Notes under the pieces: generated by a model
What the model was told of the DNA's origin: nothing
Seen by the model: the letters and a program-made list of their open reading frames with translations, nothing else
Databases searched by the model: none
NCBI GenBank assembly: GCA_020635085.1
Contig: JACKAL010000004.1
Span: 30,732-94,731 of the forward strand
Direction of reading: 5' to 3'
Origin: Pseudobdellovibrionaceae bacterium
Lineage (GTDB): Bacteria > Bdellovibrionota > Bdellovibrionia > Bdellovibrionales > JAGQZY01
DNA: 64,000 nucleotides
Program-made: the position numbers and the translations under genes
Part shown: in pieces, positions 28,155 through 37,527 of the stretch
Layout of the letters: each line of letters begins with the position of its first letter
How positions within the stretch are numbered: the stretch's first letter is position 1

Positions 28155-29231
28155 ATGATTCCATTCTACAGCCTATCTTATCAAGATCTGCGAAAAATGT
28201 GTGATCAAGCTGATCTGGCTCCAGCCACAGCCAATCACCTTTTTAATTGGTACTACAAAAAACGAAAATTGGATTTTTGTCGCGCTCATAATCTATCAAG
28301 CAAAGCTAAACAATATATTTTATCCTCTTTTGATTTTGCATTACCTAAAATCCACTTTGTGCAGGAATCTACAGATAAAACCGTAAAATTTTTAATGCTC
28401 TTACATGATGGAGCGACCGTAGAGACAGTACTGATCCCCTTCCAAGGTAAATACACCCTTTGCCTTTCCTCTCAGGTTGGCTGTGCGATGAACTGTTCGT
28501 TTTGTTACACGGGAGCGCAGGGCTTTAAACGTCACTTATACACAGAAGAGATTATTGGGCAATTTCTTAGAGCACAAATTTGGTTAACGGAACAACGCCC
28601 AGCTGATGATCGTATTTTAAATATTGTTTTTATGGGCCAGGGAGAACCCCTCCATAATTTTGATGCAGTTAAGAAAGCATCAGAAATTTTTATTTCTCAG
28701 AATGGTTTAAGTCTCGCTGATCATAAAATTACTATTTCTACCTCTGGCTATCTTCCAGGTCTTTTACGCTGGAAAGAGGACATGCCCAATGTGAATATTG
28801 CTTTGTCTCTGCATGCGGCCACCAATGAAAAACGAGCACAACTGATTCCATTAAATCGCCGCTATCCCCTGGAAACTATTCTTCCGATTGTCGATGCCAT
28901 ACCACAAGGGAAAAAACGTTTTGTGACCTATGAATACTTACTAACAAGCGGATTTAATGACTCTAGTGAGGACGCGCACGCACTTGGAAAGTTATTGCAG
29001 CACAAAAAAGCCTACATTAATTTAATTCCCTTTAATCCCTACCCCGGGTCTCAGTGGAAACGTCCAGCTGACTTACAGATTCTTGGTTTTAAACAAATTG
29101 TTGAGTCCTATAGCATTCCCACCCTTGTACGAACAACAAAAGGGGCACAAATTCTCGCAGCATGTGGCCAACTCAACACATCCAGCAGAAACATGCAAAC
29201 GTGTTCTCATTTACCTGCACAAATATCTTAA
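28155..29231 (+). CDS. rlmN: 23S rRNA/tRNA (adenine-C2)-methyltransferase RlmN (radical SAM)
   Basis: CAMNCSFC radical-SAM cluster, GEPL and a C-terminal conserved Cys (ACGQL). Length fits RlmN/Cfr. Confidence 0.9.
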   Translation: MIPFYSLSYQDLRKMCDQADLAPATANHLFNWYYKKRKLDFCRAHNLSSKAKQYILSSFDFALPKIHFVQESTDKTVKFLMLLHDGATVETVLIPFQGKYTLCLSSQVGCAMNCSFCYTGAQGFKRHLYTEEIIGQFLRAQIWLTEQRPADDRILNIVFMGQGEPLHNFDAVKKASEIFISQNGLSLADHKITISTSGYLPGLLRWKEDMPNVNIALSLHAATNEKRAQLIPLNRRYPLETILPIVDAIPQGKKRFVTYEYLLTSGFNDSSEDAHALGKLLQHKKAYINLIPFNPYPGSQWKRPADLQILGFKQIVESYSIPTLVRTTKGAQILAACGQLNTSSRNMQTCSHLPAQIS

Positions 29232-30310
29232 AAGATATTTTTTCTCTTTTGAAAATAAGCTCTTACTTCCTCAGGATTGCATAGCTCTGGATCGTAATAG
29301 ATTCCCACAGGCGTAGGAACATTAAACTGTAGCGCCCTGTCCCAACCTTCTGGGTCTTTCTCCTGAGACAGATCCATAACATCCGGATACTTATCTCCTA
29401 AAAGTTGATTACCATAGTAGTAAACACTGGTATCAAATTCTCGCGCCATATAAATTTTTTTACTATTAAGACCATCTTTTACTAAAATCTCTCCCACATG
29501 TCGGGAGGTTTTCTCATCGACCTCGCTATCGCTAAAGGCTTCAGCCATTTTATACAGATTCATAGAAGGAAGATGGAGTAAAACAGCTTCTGCCAACACC
29601 ATCATGGTTGCTGAATCCCAAAGATGTTGATTCGTGTCATACTGCACAGATTGAAAAATAGAGGAATAATCGCTTTTGTTTATTAATCCATTAACCGTTT
29701 CTCGCGCGTCTAATTTTCTACCGAGATTCATTTCAGCTGCCAATTGATACAAATCATAAATAAGATTATTTGGGGAACTTTGACTCAGTCCTTTTAATAA
29801 CTTGAGTGACTTCTCAGGATCCAATGGTTCTTTACGGTGTGATACCGTAAAACTACCCTCAACCATAGCTTCAATAAATTTTTGCTGTTCTGTTGCATTA
29901 TCTATCGATATTTTTTTATAAAGCGGTCCCTGCACACCAAATAAATCTTTGTACTGATCCAAACCAACATGTTCAAAAAAAGCATCTATAAATACCGGAC
30001 TCTGGTCATCATGCTTCATGCTGTTGATAATTTTTGCCATTCCGCATACATCATCTTTTTTAATTAAATCCTCAATTTCCGGATATGTTGGTCCTCTGTT
30101 AATCGGCTTTATGGGTAACTGTTGCCCCGACTTCCCACGAGAGCTTTTAATCTCAGTAAAAATAGGTTTATTTTTATATGGGTTTCTACCAGGAGCTGCG
30201 ATCACCTTTGCGGTTGGAATTGAGATCGGTGCGGCAACAACATTCTCTTTTTTAGAAAGATAAAAATATAAAATACCAAAGACTACTATAAGGGCCAATA
30301 GTTGTTTCAT
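29228..30310 (-). CDS. hypothetical membrane-anchored/exported protein
   Basis: 360 aa with an N-terminal hydrophobic anchor (MKQLLALIVVFGILYFYL). No motif recognised. Convergent with rlmN and overlaps it by 4 nt. Confidence 0.5.
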   Translation of the reverse strand: MKQLLALIVVFGILYFYLSKKENVVAAPISIPTAKVIAAPGRNPYKNKPIFTEIKSSRGKSGQQLPIKPINRGPTYPEIEDLIKKDDVCGMAKIINSMKHDDQSPVFIDAFFEHVGLDQYKDLFGVQGPLYKKISIDNATEQQKFIEAMVEGSFTVSHRKEPLDPEKSLKLLKGLSQSSPNNLIYDLYQLAAEMNLGRKLDARETVNGLINKSDYSSIFQSVQYDTNQHLWDSATMMVLAEAVLLHLPSMNLYKMAEAFSDSEVDEKTSRHVGEILVKDGLNSKKIYMAREFDTSVYYYGNQLLGDKYPDVMDLSQEKDPEGWDRALQFNVPTPVGIYYDPELCNPEEVRAYFQKRKNIF

Positions 30311-30573
30311 CGAGTCCTATATTAGCAAGTTTCAGTAAAATAGGTAGACCGTCCAGTGTTATAACCCATCCAAAGGGTTTGCTAGATCTATTTTAGGGCT
30401 TATTAGAAGCGATCGACGAAGTGACGTGCTCTTAGGACCTTCAGTATATCTTTTTTTCATTTAAAAGAGTGCATTTAGCCCCTTCTCAAATGAGGCGGTC
30501 ATCATGCACTCAGTTGACTTCCGAGGCATTTCGATTGACCCTAAAGGCGGCAATAATTTAGATCGGAGACTTT

Positions 30574-31074
30574 ATGCAATGTTACTGTGGTAGTCACAAA
30601 GAGTTTGCCAATTGCTGTGAACCTTATCTCAATCAAACACAGTGGCCCGAAACGCCTGAGACTCTCATGCGTTCTCGATATTCAGCCTATGTAACAGGAA
30701 ATATAAAATATTTAAAACAGACTTTACTCCCTCACGATAGGGCCCAATTCCAGGAATCCGATACACAAGACTGGGCGAAATCAGAATGGCTGGGACTAAA
30801 AATTATAGAGACCAACGGAAACACGGTCGAATTTGTGGCAAGCTACAAAAAAAATGGAAAAAAATTTGAACACCACGAGATTTCGAAATTTAAAAAAATT
30901 GATGGTCGTTGGTATTTTTCCAGTGGTGATTCCCATGTCCATGAAGAGGGGCACGATCACCATCATCACCACGAGCCCGTAGCTCCCATCCAAAGAGAAG
31001 CTCCCAAAATACAACGAAATGATCCGTGTCCTTGCGGCAGTGGTAAAAAGTATAAAAAATGCTGTGGAGCTTAA
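30574..31074 (+). CDS. ychJ: YchJ-family protein (two SEC-C motifs, UPF0225)
   Basis: N-terminal CYCGS..F..CC and C-terminal [13 protein letters not shown] motifs, plus an internal His-rich stretch HDHHHHHE. Confidence 0.85.
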   Translation: MQCYCGSHKEFANCCEPYLNQTQWPETPETLMRSRYSAYVTGNIKYLKQTLLPHDRAQFQESDTQDWAKSEWLGLKIIETNGNTVEFVASYKKNGKKFEHHEISKFKKIDGRWYFSSGDSHVHEEGHDHHHHHEPVAPIQREAPKIQRNDPCPCGSGKKYKKCCGA

Positions 31075-31083
31075 ACAGATATT

Positions 31084-32004
31084 ATGAGTTTTCCTAAAAA
31101 TAAATTTTTAGAAGAGGCGAGAAAAATTTTAGTTGGCAAAGAACACGAGTTAGAATTGGCTCTTGTATGCCTTCTTTCACGCGGCCATCTTCTTATCGAA
31201 GATTTACCGGGAATGGGGAAAACAACATTCGTTCTTCTTCTTTCCCAACTCCTTGACCTCCCTTTAAAAAGAATTCAATTTACCAATGACTTGTTACCGA
31301 CCGATATTCTTGGTTTTCAAACTCTGGACCAAGATCGTAAAACATTTACTTTCCACCCCGGCCCTATTTTTTCAGAATTAGTACTTGCTGATGAACTGAA
31401 CCGTGGTACCCCGAAAACGCAAAGCGCGTTACTGCAAGCCATGGAAGAAAAGCAAGTCACTATAGATGGCGTAACCCATCCTTTACCTGAACCCTTTTTC
31501 ATGGTCGCAACACAAAACCCACAAGAACATTCTGGCACATCACCCCTTCCGGAGTCACAACTCGACCGGTTTATGATGTGCCTACAGTTAGGTTTTCCCA
31601 GTAAAAAAGATGAGATGGAAATTTTTCGCCGAGGAAATTTGCGCGATACTATACATAAACTACCCCCTGTAATGGCACGTCAGGAATTCATTCAGGAGCA
31701 GAAGCAAGTAGACCAGCTATTTGTAAGCGACCCGATTCTCGCCTATATTCATGATCTTTTACAAATAACTCGTGGCAATCCGAAATACCCACAAGGCCTA
31801 TCCTCGCGTTGTGGGATTCTATTACTGCAAGCTGCTAAAGCACGGGGCTATCTACAAGAACGAAATTTTGTCATTCCCGAAGATGTTAAATATGTAGCCC
31901 CATATTGTCTATCGCACCGCTTAGCAAACAGTACAATGACCGCGAAACTTTCGACCCATGAAAACATACTCGATCTTATTAACACCATTCCCATACCAGA
32001 ATGA
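31084..32004 (+). CDS. MoxR-family AAA+ ATPase
   Basis: GHLLIEDLPGMGKT Walker A, ADELNR Walker B region and AAA_3-type length. Confidence 0.9.
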   Translation: MSFPKNKFLEEARKILVGKEHELELALVCLLSRGHLLIEDLPGMGKTTFVLLLSQLLDLPLKRIQFTNDLLPTDILGFQTLDQDRKTFTFHPGPIFSELVLADELNRGTPKTQSALLQAMEEKQVTIDGVTHPLPEPFFMVATQNPQEHSGTSPLPESQLDRFMMCLQLGFPSKKDEMEIFRRGNLRDTIHKLPPVMARQEFIQEQKQVDQLFVSDPILAYIHDLLQITRGNPKYPQGLSSRCGILLLQAAKARGYLQERNFVIPEDVKYVAPYCLSHRLANSTMTAKLSTHENILDLINTIPIPE

Positions 32005-32879
32005 AATTGTGGCGCCTTTTTTCTTATCCATCTCAACGCATTTACATGATTCCCAACCGCTATGGACTTATTGCATGCTGTTTTTTCTTACTATGTACAA
32101 TCGTTGCAGCTCACTATGCAAATAATCTTATTTTCCTCTTGGCATTTATTCTTATAAGTTTCCTACTGATTGCAATTTTACAGACGGCAAAAAATTTACG
32201 TGGTGTACAAATTCAAAAAATTTACATTCACGATGGATTTCCTGATAGCCATTCTATCATTGATTTACAGATTAATAATCTAAGAAATGTCTTTAAATTT
32301 GGTCTTGGTTTTCAGATTAAAGAGCAAACATCAGTCACTTATGCAAATGAATTAAACCAAAATGATCAGATTCTAACAACGGGTTCTTTTGTATTGCCAA
32401 AAAAACGCGGTCTTTATTCAATAAACAGAATAAAGGTTTTTACCGATGCTCCTTATGGGTTATTTCATGGGTGGCAATATCATTACATTTCATCAAGTTA
32501 TGTTGTATTTCCCAAACCGCGAGGCTTTTCACTCTCCTTCTTAAAGCAGCTGTCTCCTGGAAACGAGTTCTCCGGACTTCGCGAGTATATACCAGGAGAT
32601 TCCCTTAGTCGGGTAAGTTGGAAACACTCGGTTAAGAGCTCTACTCTCTTACTCAAAGAATTTAAAGAGCAAGAGCCACAACAACAGATCTTTTCTTTAA
32701 CCGACTGCCCACAAATAGACCTGGAAAACAAGTTATCGCAGCTATCACTATGGATTATAGAAGCTGAAAACCATCAATTACGGTATGGCCTACATCTTTT
32801 AAAAACCGTTATCCCCATTGGACATGGTCCTCAGCACCTTAGAAAGTGTTTGTCTTCATTGGGAGCGTACCAGCCATGA
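32001..32879 (+). CDS. DUF58 domain protein (MoxR partner)
   Basis: GLREYIPGDSLSRVSWKHS...LLLKEF signature and two N-terminal TM helices. 4-nt overlap with the MoxR gene. Confidence 0.85.
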   Translation: MKLWRLFSYPSQRIYMIPNRYGLIACCFFLLCTIVAAHYANNLIFLLAFILISFLLIAILQTAKNLRGVQIQKIYIHDGFPDSHSIIDLQINNLRNVFKFGLGFQIKEQTSVTYANELNQNDQILTTGSFVLPKKRGLYSINRIKVFTDAPYGLFHGWQYHYISSSYVVFPKPRGFSLSFLKQLSPGNEFSGLREYIPGDSLSRVSWKHSVKSSTLLLKEFKEQEPQQQIFSLTDCPQIDLENKLSQLSLWIIEAENHQLRYGLHLLKTVIPIGHGPQHLRKCLSSLGAYQP

Positions 32880-34759
32880 AACACGTTAAACTCTATTTTT
32901 TCTTCATTCTTTTTTGCATACTGCCCCACACCCTTTTTCTACCATGGGATTGCACTTTTATCTTTGCAGGATTTTCGGCTTGGGTTGCTATTTCCATGTT
33001 CCAGAAGCAATTTATACCGCATCCTTTATTAAAGCGGTCCGTGATACTTCTTATTCCCGTCTATTTTCTTTATCGTTTTTCTACTCTTGCAGATCCAGAC
33101 GCCGCATCTGCTCTGTTGTGCTCAGTCGCGATTTTAAAAATCTTTGAAGTCTACTCTTATCGAGATGCTATGATCACACTTTTGATGAGCCTTTTGATTG
33201 TAATGTTTTTTTTAATTCACTCGTATTCTTTGTATGCGGCTATTTATATGTTTGCGACTTTTATAGTCTTTATCTACTTATTAATGGACCTGCAACGCAA
33301 AAAGTATCGCTTAAGCCAATCTTTTCTAAAATTGCGCGAACTTTTTTCATATGAAATGTTAATAGCTTTACCACTACTTGTTTCTCTTTTTATTTTTTTT
33401 CCTAGATTTTCCACCTCTTTTGGTTCAGGTGAAAAAATAATCTCAAACATAGGGTTTACGGATCGTATCGATCTCGGACAAATGATGAGTTTAGCACAGT
33501 CGGATCGTACGGCATTTAAAGTACAATTTTTAAGAGGACGGCCATCTTCTATGGAGAACTTGTATTTTCGCGGAGCGGTGCTGACAATAAATCAAAATCT
33601 TTCTTGGAAAAAAGTCGATCAAAGTAAACAATTGTATTCTTTCCCTGAACGGGACGCTCCTAAAAATTATCGGATATTACTTTTTCCTCAACAAAAAAAA
33701 AGTCTCTTTCTCCTAGATAACTCTATTATTACCGAAATAAGTCCTAATCATCTGCTTTTTTTTAACAAAGACGAAAGCACTTTTTCTTTAGGAGATGTGC
33801 CTGATGATCTTCTTCAGTATTATGCAACCATCCAAAAAAAACAAGATTTTCTCCCTCCATCCCAATGGGACGAACAAGTAAATATCCCCCCGCCCTCGAA
33901 GGAGTTGAAGACACTTCTAGTTACTTTAAAAAATAAAAATCCTCGCGACACGATTGAAAATGTTCTTAATTATTTTCGTTCACATAACTTCTCTTATTCC
34001 ACACAAGCACCTGAGTATAAATCTATCGATGACTTTTTATTTCATAATGCGGGAGGATACTGCGAGCACTATGCGTCTGTTTTCACCATCTTGCTACGTT
34101 TGATGAAAATTCCTAGTCGAGTAGTAGCCGGATATCTGGGGGCTGAGTCTAATCCCTATGATGATACCTTCGTCGTACGTGATCGCTATGCTCATGCGTG
34201 GACAGAAGTCTACATTGATGGCGAAGGCTGGATTCGTGTAGATCCAACAGCCATCATCTATCCTCAAAGACTACAAGCTTTCCGACAAATACCATCTAGT
34301 TCTCTTCCTCTTCTCGGTAGCTTATTTAGTGATAGTGCTTTATTTTTTGATTCATTAAATAATCGCTTTGAATTATTTATGCTCAACTTTAATCAAGACT
34401 CTCAGTATTCGACGGTATCGCGCATAGTGCAGTTTTTAAATTTAAAAAATATTAAAACAATAGTCGTCTTCTTTCTACTTTTAATTCTCATTGCAATTTT
34501 ATTTATCTTTTTATGGAAGTCAGAAAAAATGAATCGCGATAAAACAACACAGGCTTATCATATAGCACTAAAAAAATTGAAGTCCAAAGGGATATTAAAG
34601 TATCCGAATGAAGGACCTAAAGAATTCCAAAATCGCTTGAAAACTCTAGATAAGAACCTGCAGCCTTACATCGAATTCATCGATGCATATATCTTATGCC
34701 GTTTTGCCAATAGACCTATACAAGATGAGCTCTATAAAAAAGCGAGAAAACTGAGTTAA
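32876..34759 (+). CDS. transglutaminase-like membrane protein (TgpA-type: DUF3488 TM region + transglutaminase core)
   Basis: GYCEHYA (Cys), HAWTEVY (His) and VDPT (Asp) catalytic triad contexts. About 6 N-terminal TM segments and 1 C-terminal TM segment. ATGA overlap with the DUF58 gene at 32876. The maximal ORF starts with a GTG at 32846. Confidence 0.85.
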   Translation: MKHVKLYFFFILFCILPHTLFLPWDCTFIFAGFSAWVAISMFQKQFIPHPLLKRSVILLIPVYFLYRFSTLADPDAASALLCSVAILKIFEVYSYRDAMITLLMSLLIVMFFLIHSYSLYAAIYMFATFIVFIYLLMDLQRKKYRLSQSFLKLRELFSYEMLIALPLLVSLFIFFPRFSTSFGSGEKIISNIGFTDRIDLGQMMSLAQSDRTAFKVQFLRGRPSSMENLYFRGAVLTINQNLSWKKVDQSKQLYSFPERDAPKNYRILLFPQQKKSLFLLDNSIITEISPNHLLFFNKDESTFSLGDVPDDLLQYYATIQKKQDFLPPSQWDEQVNIPPPSKELKTLLVTLKNKNPRDTIENVLNYFRSHNFSYSTQAPEYKSIDDFLFHNAGGYCEHYASVFTILLRLMKIPSRVVAGYLGAESNPYDDTFVVRDRYAHAWTEVYIDGEGWIRVDPTAIIYPQRLQAFRQIPSSSLPLLGSLFSDSALFFDSLNNRFELFMLNFNQDSQYSTVSRIVQFLNLKNIKTIVVFFLLLILIAILFIFLWKSEKMNRDKTTQAYHIALKKLKSKGILKYPNEGPKEFQNRLKTLDKNLQPYIEFIDAYILCRFANRPIQDELYKKARKLS

Positions 34760-34767
34760 GCGGTCAT

Positions 34768-35940
34768 CTATTGATCCAGCAAAATATGAACAAATTTTAA
34801 ATATCTTAACTCGGGGCAAACATGGGGAAATGGATGATCAATACCCTGACCTGAAACACGCACAATGCGCCCTGTTTTTTTTGCTAAAGATAAACTTTCT
34901 TCAATAATTTTAAAAAAATCATCAAAGTGAATGTGACTTGAGCAGGAACTGAACGATAGCTCACCTGATGGTCTTACTTTCTCTGCAGCCGCACTAAATG
35001 CTTCAATATATTTTCCCTGAGCAGCTTTCTTTTGTTGCTCGGAATGTGTCATAGACGGTGGATCCACGATAATATGATCCCATGTTTTGTGGGAATTTTT
35101 TAAAAACTCAAAAACATCTTGTGCTATACCCGTATGTGCGGACGCCGATAGCCCATTTAAAGACCAATTTTGCTTTGCCAATTCGATAGCGCCTTCGGAA
35201 AGGTCGACACTTGTCACGTGCTTGGCTCCACCCATTCCGGCGTATATAGAAAACCCACCTGTATAACTAAACAAGTTTAGGACATCACGGCCTCGACTTC
35301 TTGTTTCGACAAAATGGCGATTGTCTCTCTGATCCAAAAAAAATCCGGTCTTTTGTCCTTTTTCTAAATTAACCAAAAATCGATGACCATTCTCTCTCAC
35401 TTCCCATTGCTGCAAAACTTCTTCAGCTAAAGGTTTTCCTGCAAGTTGCTGTAAACCTTTTTCAGTCTGATTTCTGCGGAATTTTTCATAAACAGACTTG
35501 CAGGATGTCTCTTTTAAAAGCCAATCGCAAATGATCTCGCGATTCCAAAACTCACTGGGACCTAAACCATCGAACTGTAATATCGCCACAGATCCATACA
35601 CATCGCAAACAAGACCCGGCAGACGATCCCCCTCTCCATTAAAGAGTCTATAGGCATTAGTAGACTCATTAACCATAGGTTTTCGTAATTCTAAGGCATG
35701 GGAAAATTTTTTATAATAATCTTCTGTTTTAGGAGGATGTTTACTTATGTTCAACATACGCAAAGCCAATGGACTGTGCGGGTCATAGATCGCCCAACCC
35801 AATTCTCCCTTGCCATCCATCACTTGTGCTAACTGCGCTTTCGAGATCTCCTTGCGCGGCCCCTCAATAGCTTCCCGGTAGACCCAAGGATGCCCCTGCT
35901 TAATGGATTTTCGTAAATTGCGAATGATTTTTATTTTCAT
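34768..35940 (-). CDS. class I SAM-dependent rRNA methyltransferase with a PUA-like N-domain (RlmI/RlmK-like)
   Basis: N-terminal KQGHPWVYREAI, then GFFLDQRDNR and a VLNLFSYTGGFS SAM motif, then IIVDPP. Confidence 0.8.
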   Translation of the reverse strand: MKIKIIRNLRKSIKQGHPWVYREAIEGPRKEISKAQLAQVMDGKGELGWAIYDPHSPLALRMLNISKHPPKTEDYYKKFSHALELRKPMVNESTNAYRLFNGEGDRLPGLVCDVYGSVAILQFDGLGPSEFWNREIICDWLLKETSCKSVYEKFRRNQTEKGLQQLAGKPLAEEVLQQWEVRENGHRFLVNLEKGQKTGFFLDQRDNRHFVETRSRGRDVLNLFSYTGGFSIYAGMGGAKHVTSVDLSEGAIELAKQNWSLNGLSASAHTGIAQDVFEFLKNSHKTWDHIIVDPPSMTHSEQQKKAAQGKYIEAFSAAAEKVRPSGELSFSSCSSHIHFDDFFKIIEESLSLAKKTGRIVRVSGQGIDHPFPHVCPELRYLKFVHILLDQ

Positions 35941-35964
35941 AATTATATTCTACTCATAAAATTT

Positions 35965-36465
35965 CTATTTTCGCTTTACTTTTTTGCGCGCCACTTTCTT
36001 GCTCTTAGCGCGAGTCACTTTTTTCTTAGTCGTTTTTTTTCTCATCTTCTTCTTATTTATTTTCTTCGCATCTTTCTTCTGACGTTTTTTCATCGAAGGC
36101 ACTACTCCATAGCGCTCATCGTTGTGTCGAATCTGTTTGGCAATTTTTTCGATGTCGACCTCAAATGTGGATGCGAGCATCGGTAGATAGAGCCATTTTC
36201 CTAAAACGGGATGTTCTACCAAACTCGCATACTCATTTTTAAGGCTAGCGTGATACGGGCGATCCGTTGGCAAAAGGACTCCATTCCAAATATCAAAGGG
36301 AAATACCTGATCCCGGTAAGACTTATCCCCTGGGGATTCCATCAAAACCATAACCATCCGACCATGGACATACACAGCAAGTCCGCCAAACATTGGACGT
36401 GTGAAAAAAGTAATTTCGCGCTCAAAGGGTTCAAACACCCATTGCAAAGAAAACGATTTTGCCAT
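35965..36465 (-). CDS. TfoX-N-like domain protein with a C-terminal polylysine tail
   Basis: RPMFGGLAVYVHGRMVMVL resembles the TfoX N-terminal domain. The last ~45 aa are more than 50% Lys/Arg. ATG at 36465; the maximal ORF extends to 36627 and would overlap the divergent gene. Confidence 0.5.
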   Translation of the reverse strand: MAKSFSLQWVFEPFEREITFFTRPMFGGLAVYVHGRMVMVLMESPGDKSYRDQVFPFDIWNGVLLPTDRPYHASLKNEYASLVEHPVLGKWLYLPMLASTFEVDIEKIAKQIRHNDERYGVVPSMKKRQKKDAKKINKKKMRKKTTKKKVTRAKSKKVARKKVKRK

Positions 36466-36618
36466 GTCTCCTTGTAACGCACTTTCCCGCCAAAAGGTAC
36501 GTTGATACCTTCTGCGACCGCCCGCCCCACAAAAGTATGTGGCTACTTTTGGCGACCGACTGAATCCTCTCAATTCCAATTTTTGGTACTCTTTACTAAA
36601 TTTATTGATTATATTTTC

Positions 36619-37470
36619 ATGATGCATTCTTTAGCTTTTCTCAGTTGTGAAAATCTCGATGGCTACGTCATTGACGATCAATTGGCCATTAACCATCTAG
36701 AAGAAAAAGGCTGGAAGATCGACGTTGTTCCATGGAATAAGACAACCGACTGGTCTAAATATACCGGTGTTATTATACGCACCACATGGGATTATACACA
36801 AAAATTGCCGGAATTTTTAGCCCGTCTGGAGGACATTAAAAACCAAACACGCCTTATCAACCATTGGCAAACGGTGCACTGGAACAGTAAAAAAAATTAT
36901 CTTCAAGACCTTTCCAACCTGGGTCTCAAAATTATTCCAACGATTTTTGAGTGGCCATCCCATTGGCCCGCCCTTTTTCAACTCTGGGGGACCCAAAAAA
37001 TTATGGTCAAACCCCAGATTGGAGCTAACTCCAATGGTACACATGTGATCACCCGCGACAATATACCCTCGGGCCCATTATTTTCCGAAGAACCTCTGAT
37101 ACAACCCTTTCGCGAAAACATTTTATCTGAAGGCGAATGGTCGTTTCATTTTTTTTATGGTGAATTTAGTCATGCTATTCGCAAAGTTCCCAAGCAAAGT
37201 GATTATCGCGTTCAAGAAGAACACGGGGGCACAATTCTACCTGCCAAACCCTCTTTTATTGATTTAAATCTTGCACGTACTATTTATGACACGGTAGAAG
37301 CCCATTTGGCCGAACCAACTCTCTTTCATCGTGTGGACTTGGTACGTAACCCATGGGGGCATCTCGAAATTATGGAAATAGAACTGATCGAACCATCGCT
37401 TTATTTTCGTACAGATCCCAACTCTGTTACCAATTTCGTGACAGCCTTAGAAAAATTTCTGTCTATTTAG
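36619..37470 (+). CDS. ATP-grasp-like domain protein (glutathione-synthetase/RimK-like fold)
   Basis: YTGVIIRTTWDY...WNSKKNYLQDL...GLKIIPT...MVKPQIGANS pattern recalled from ATP-grasp ligases. ATG at 36619; the maximal ORF starts at 36502. Confidence 0.5.
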   Translation: MMHSLAFLSCENLDGYVIDDQLAINHLEEKGWKIDVVPWNKTTDWSKYTGVIIRTTWDYTQKLPEFLARLEDIKNQTRLINHWQTVHWNSKKNYLQDLSNLGLKIIPTIFEWPSHWPALFQLWGTQKIMVKPQIGANSNGTHVITRDNIPSGPLFSEEPLIQPFRENILSEGEWSFHFFYGEFSHAIRKVPKQSDYRVQEEHGGTILPAKPSFIDLNLARTIYDTVEAHLAEPTLFHRVDLVRNPWGHLEIMEIELIEPSLYFRTDPNSVTNFVTALEKFLSI

Positions 37471-37527
37471 AGCATATCCTCATTACTCTAGACTAGTTCC
37501 TGGCAAATGTGGATACGCCAAAATACT

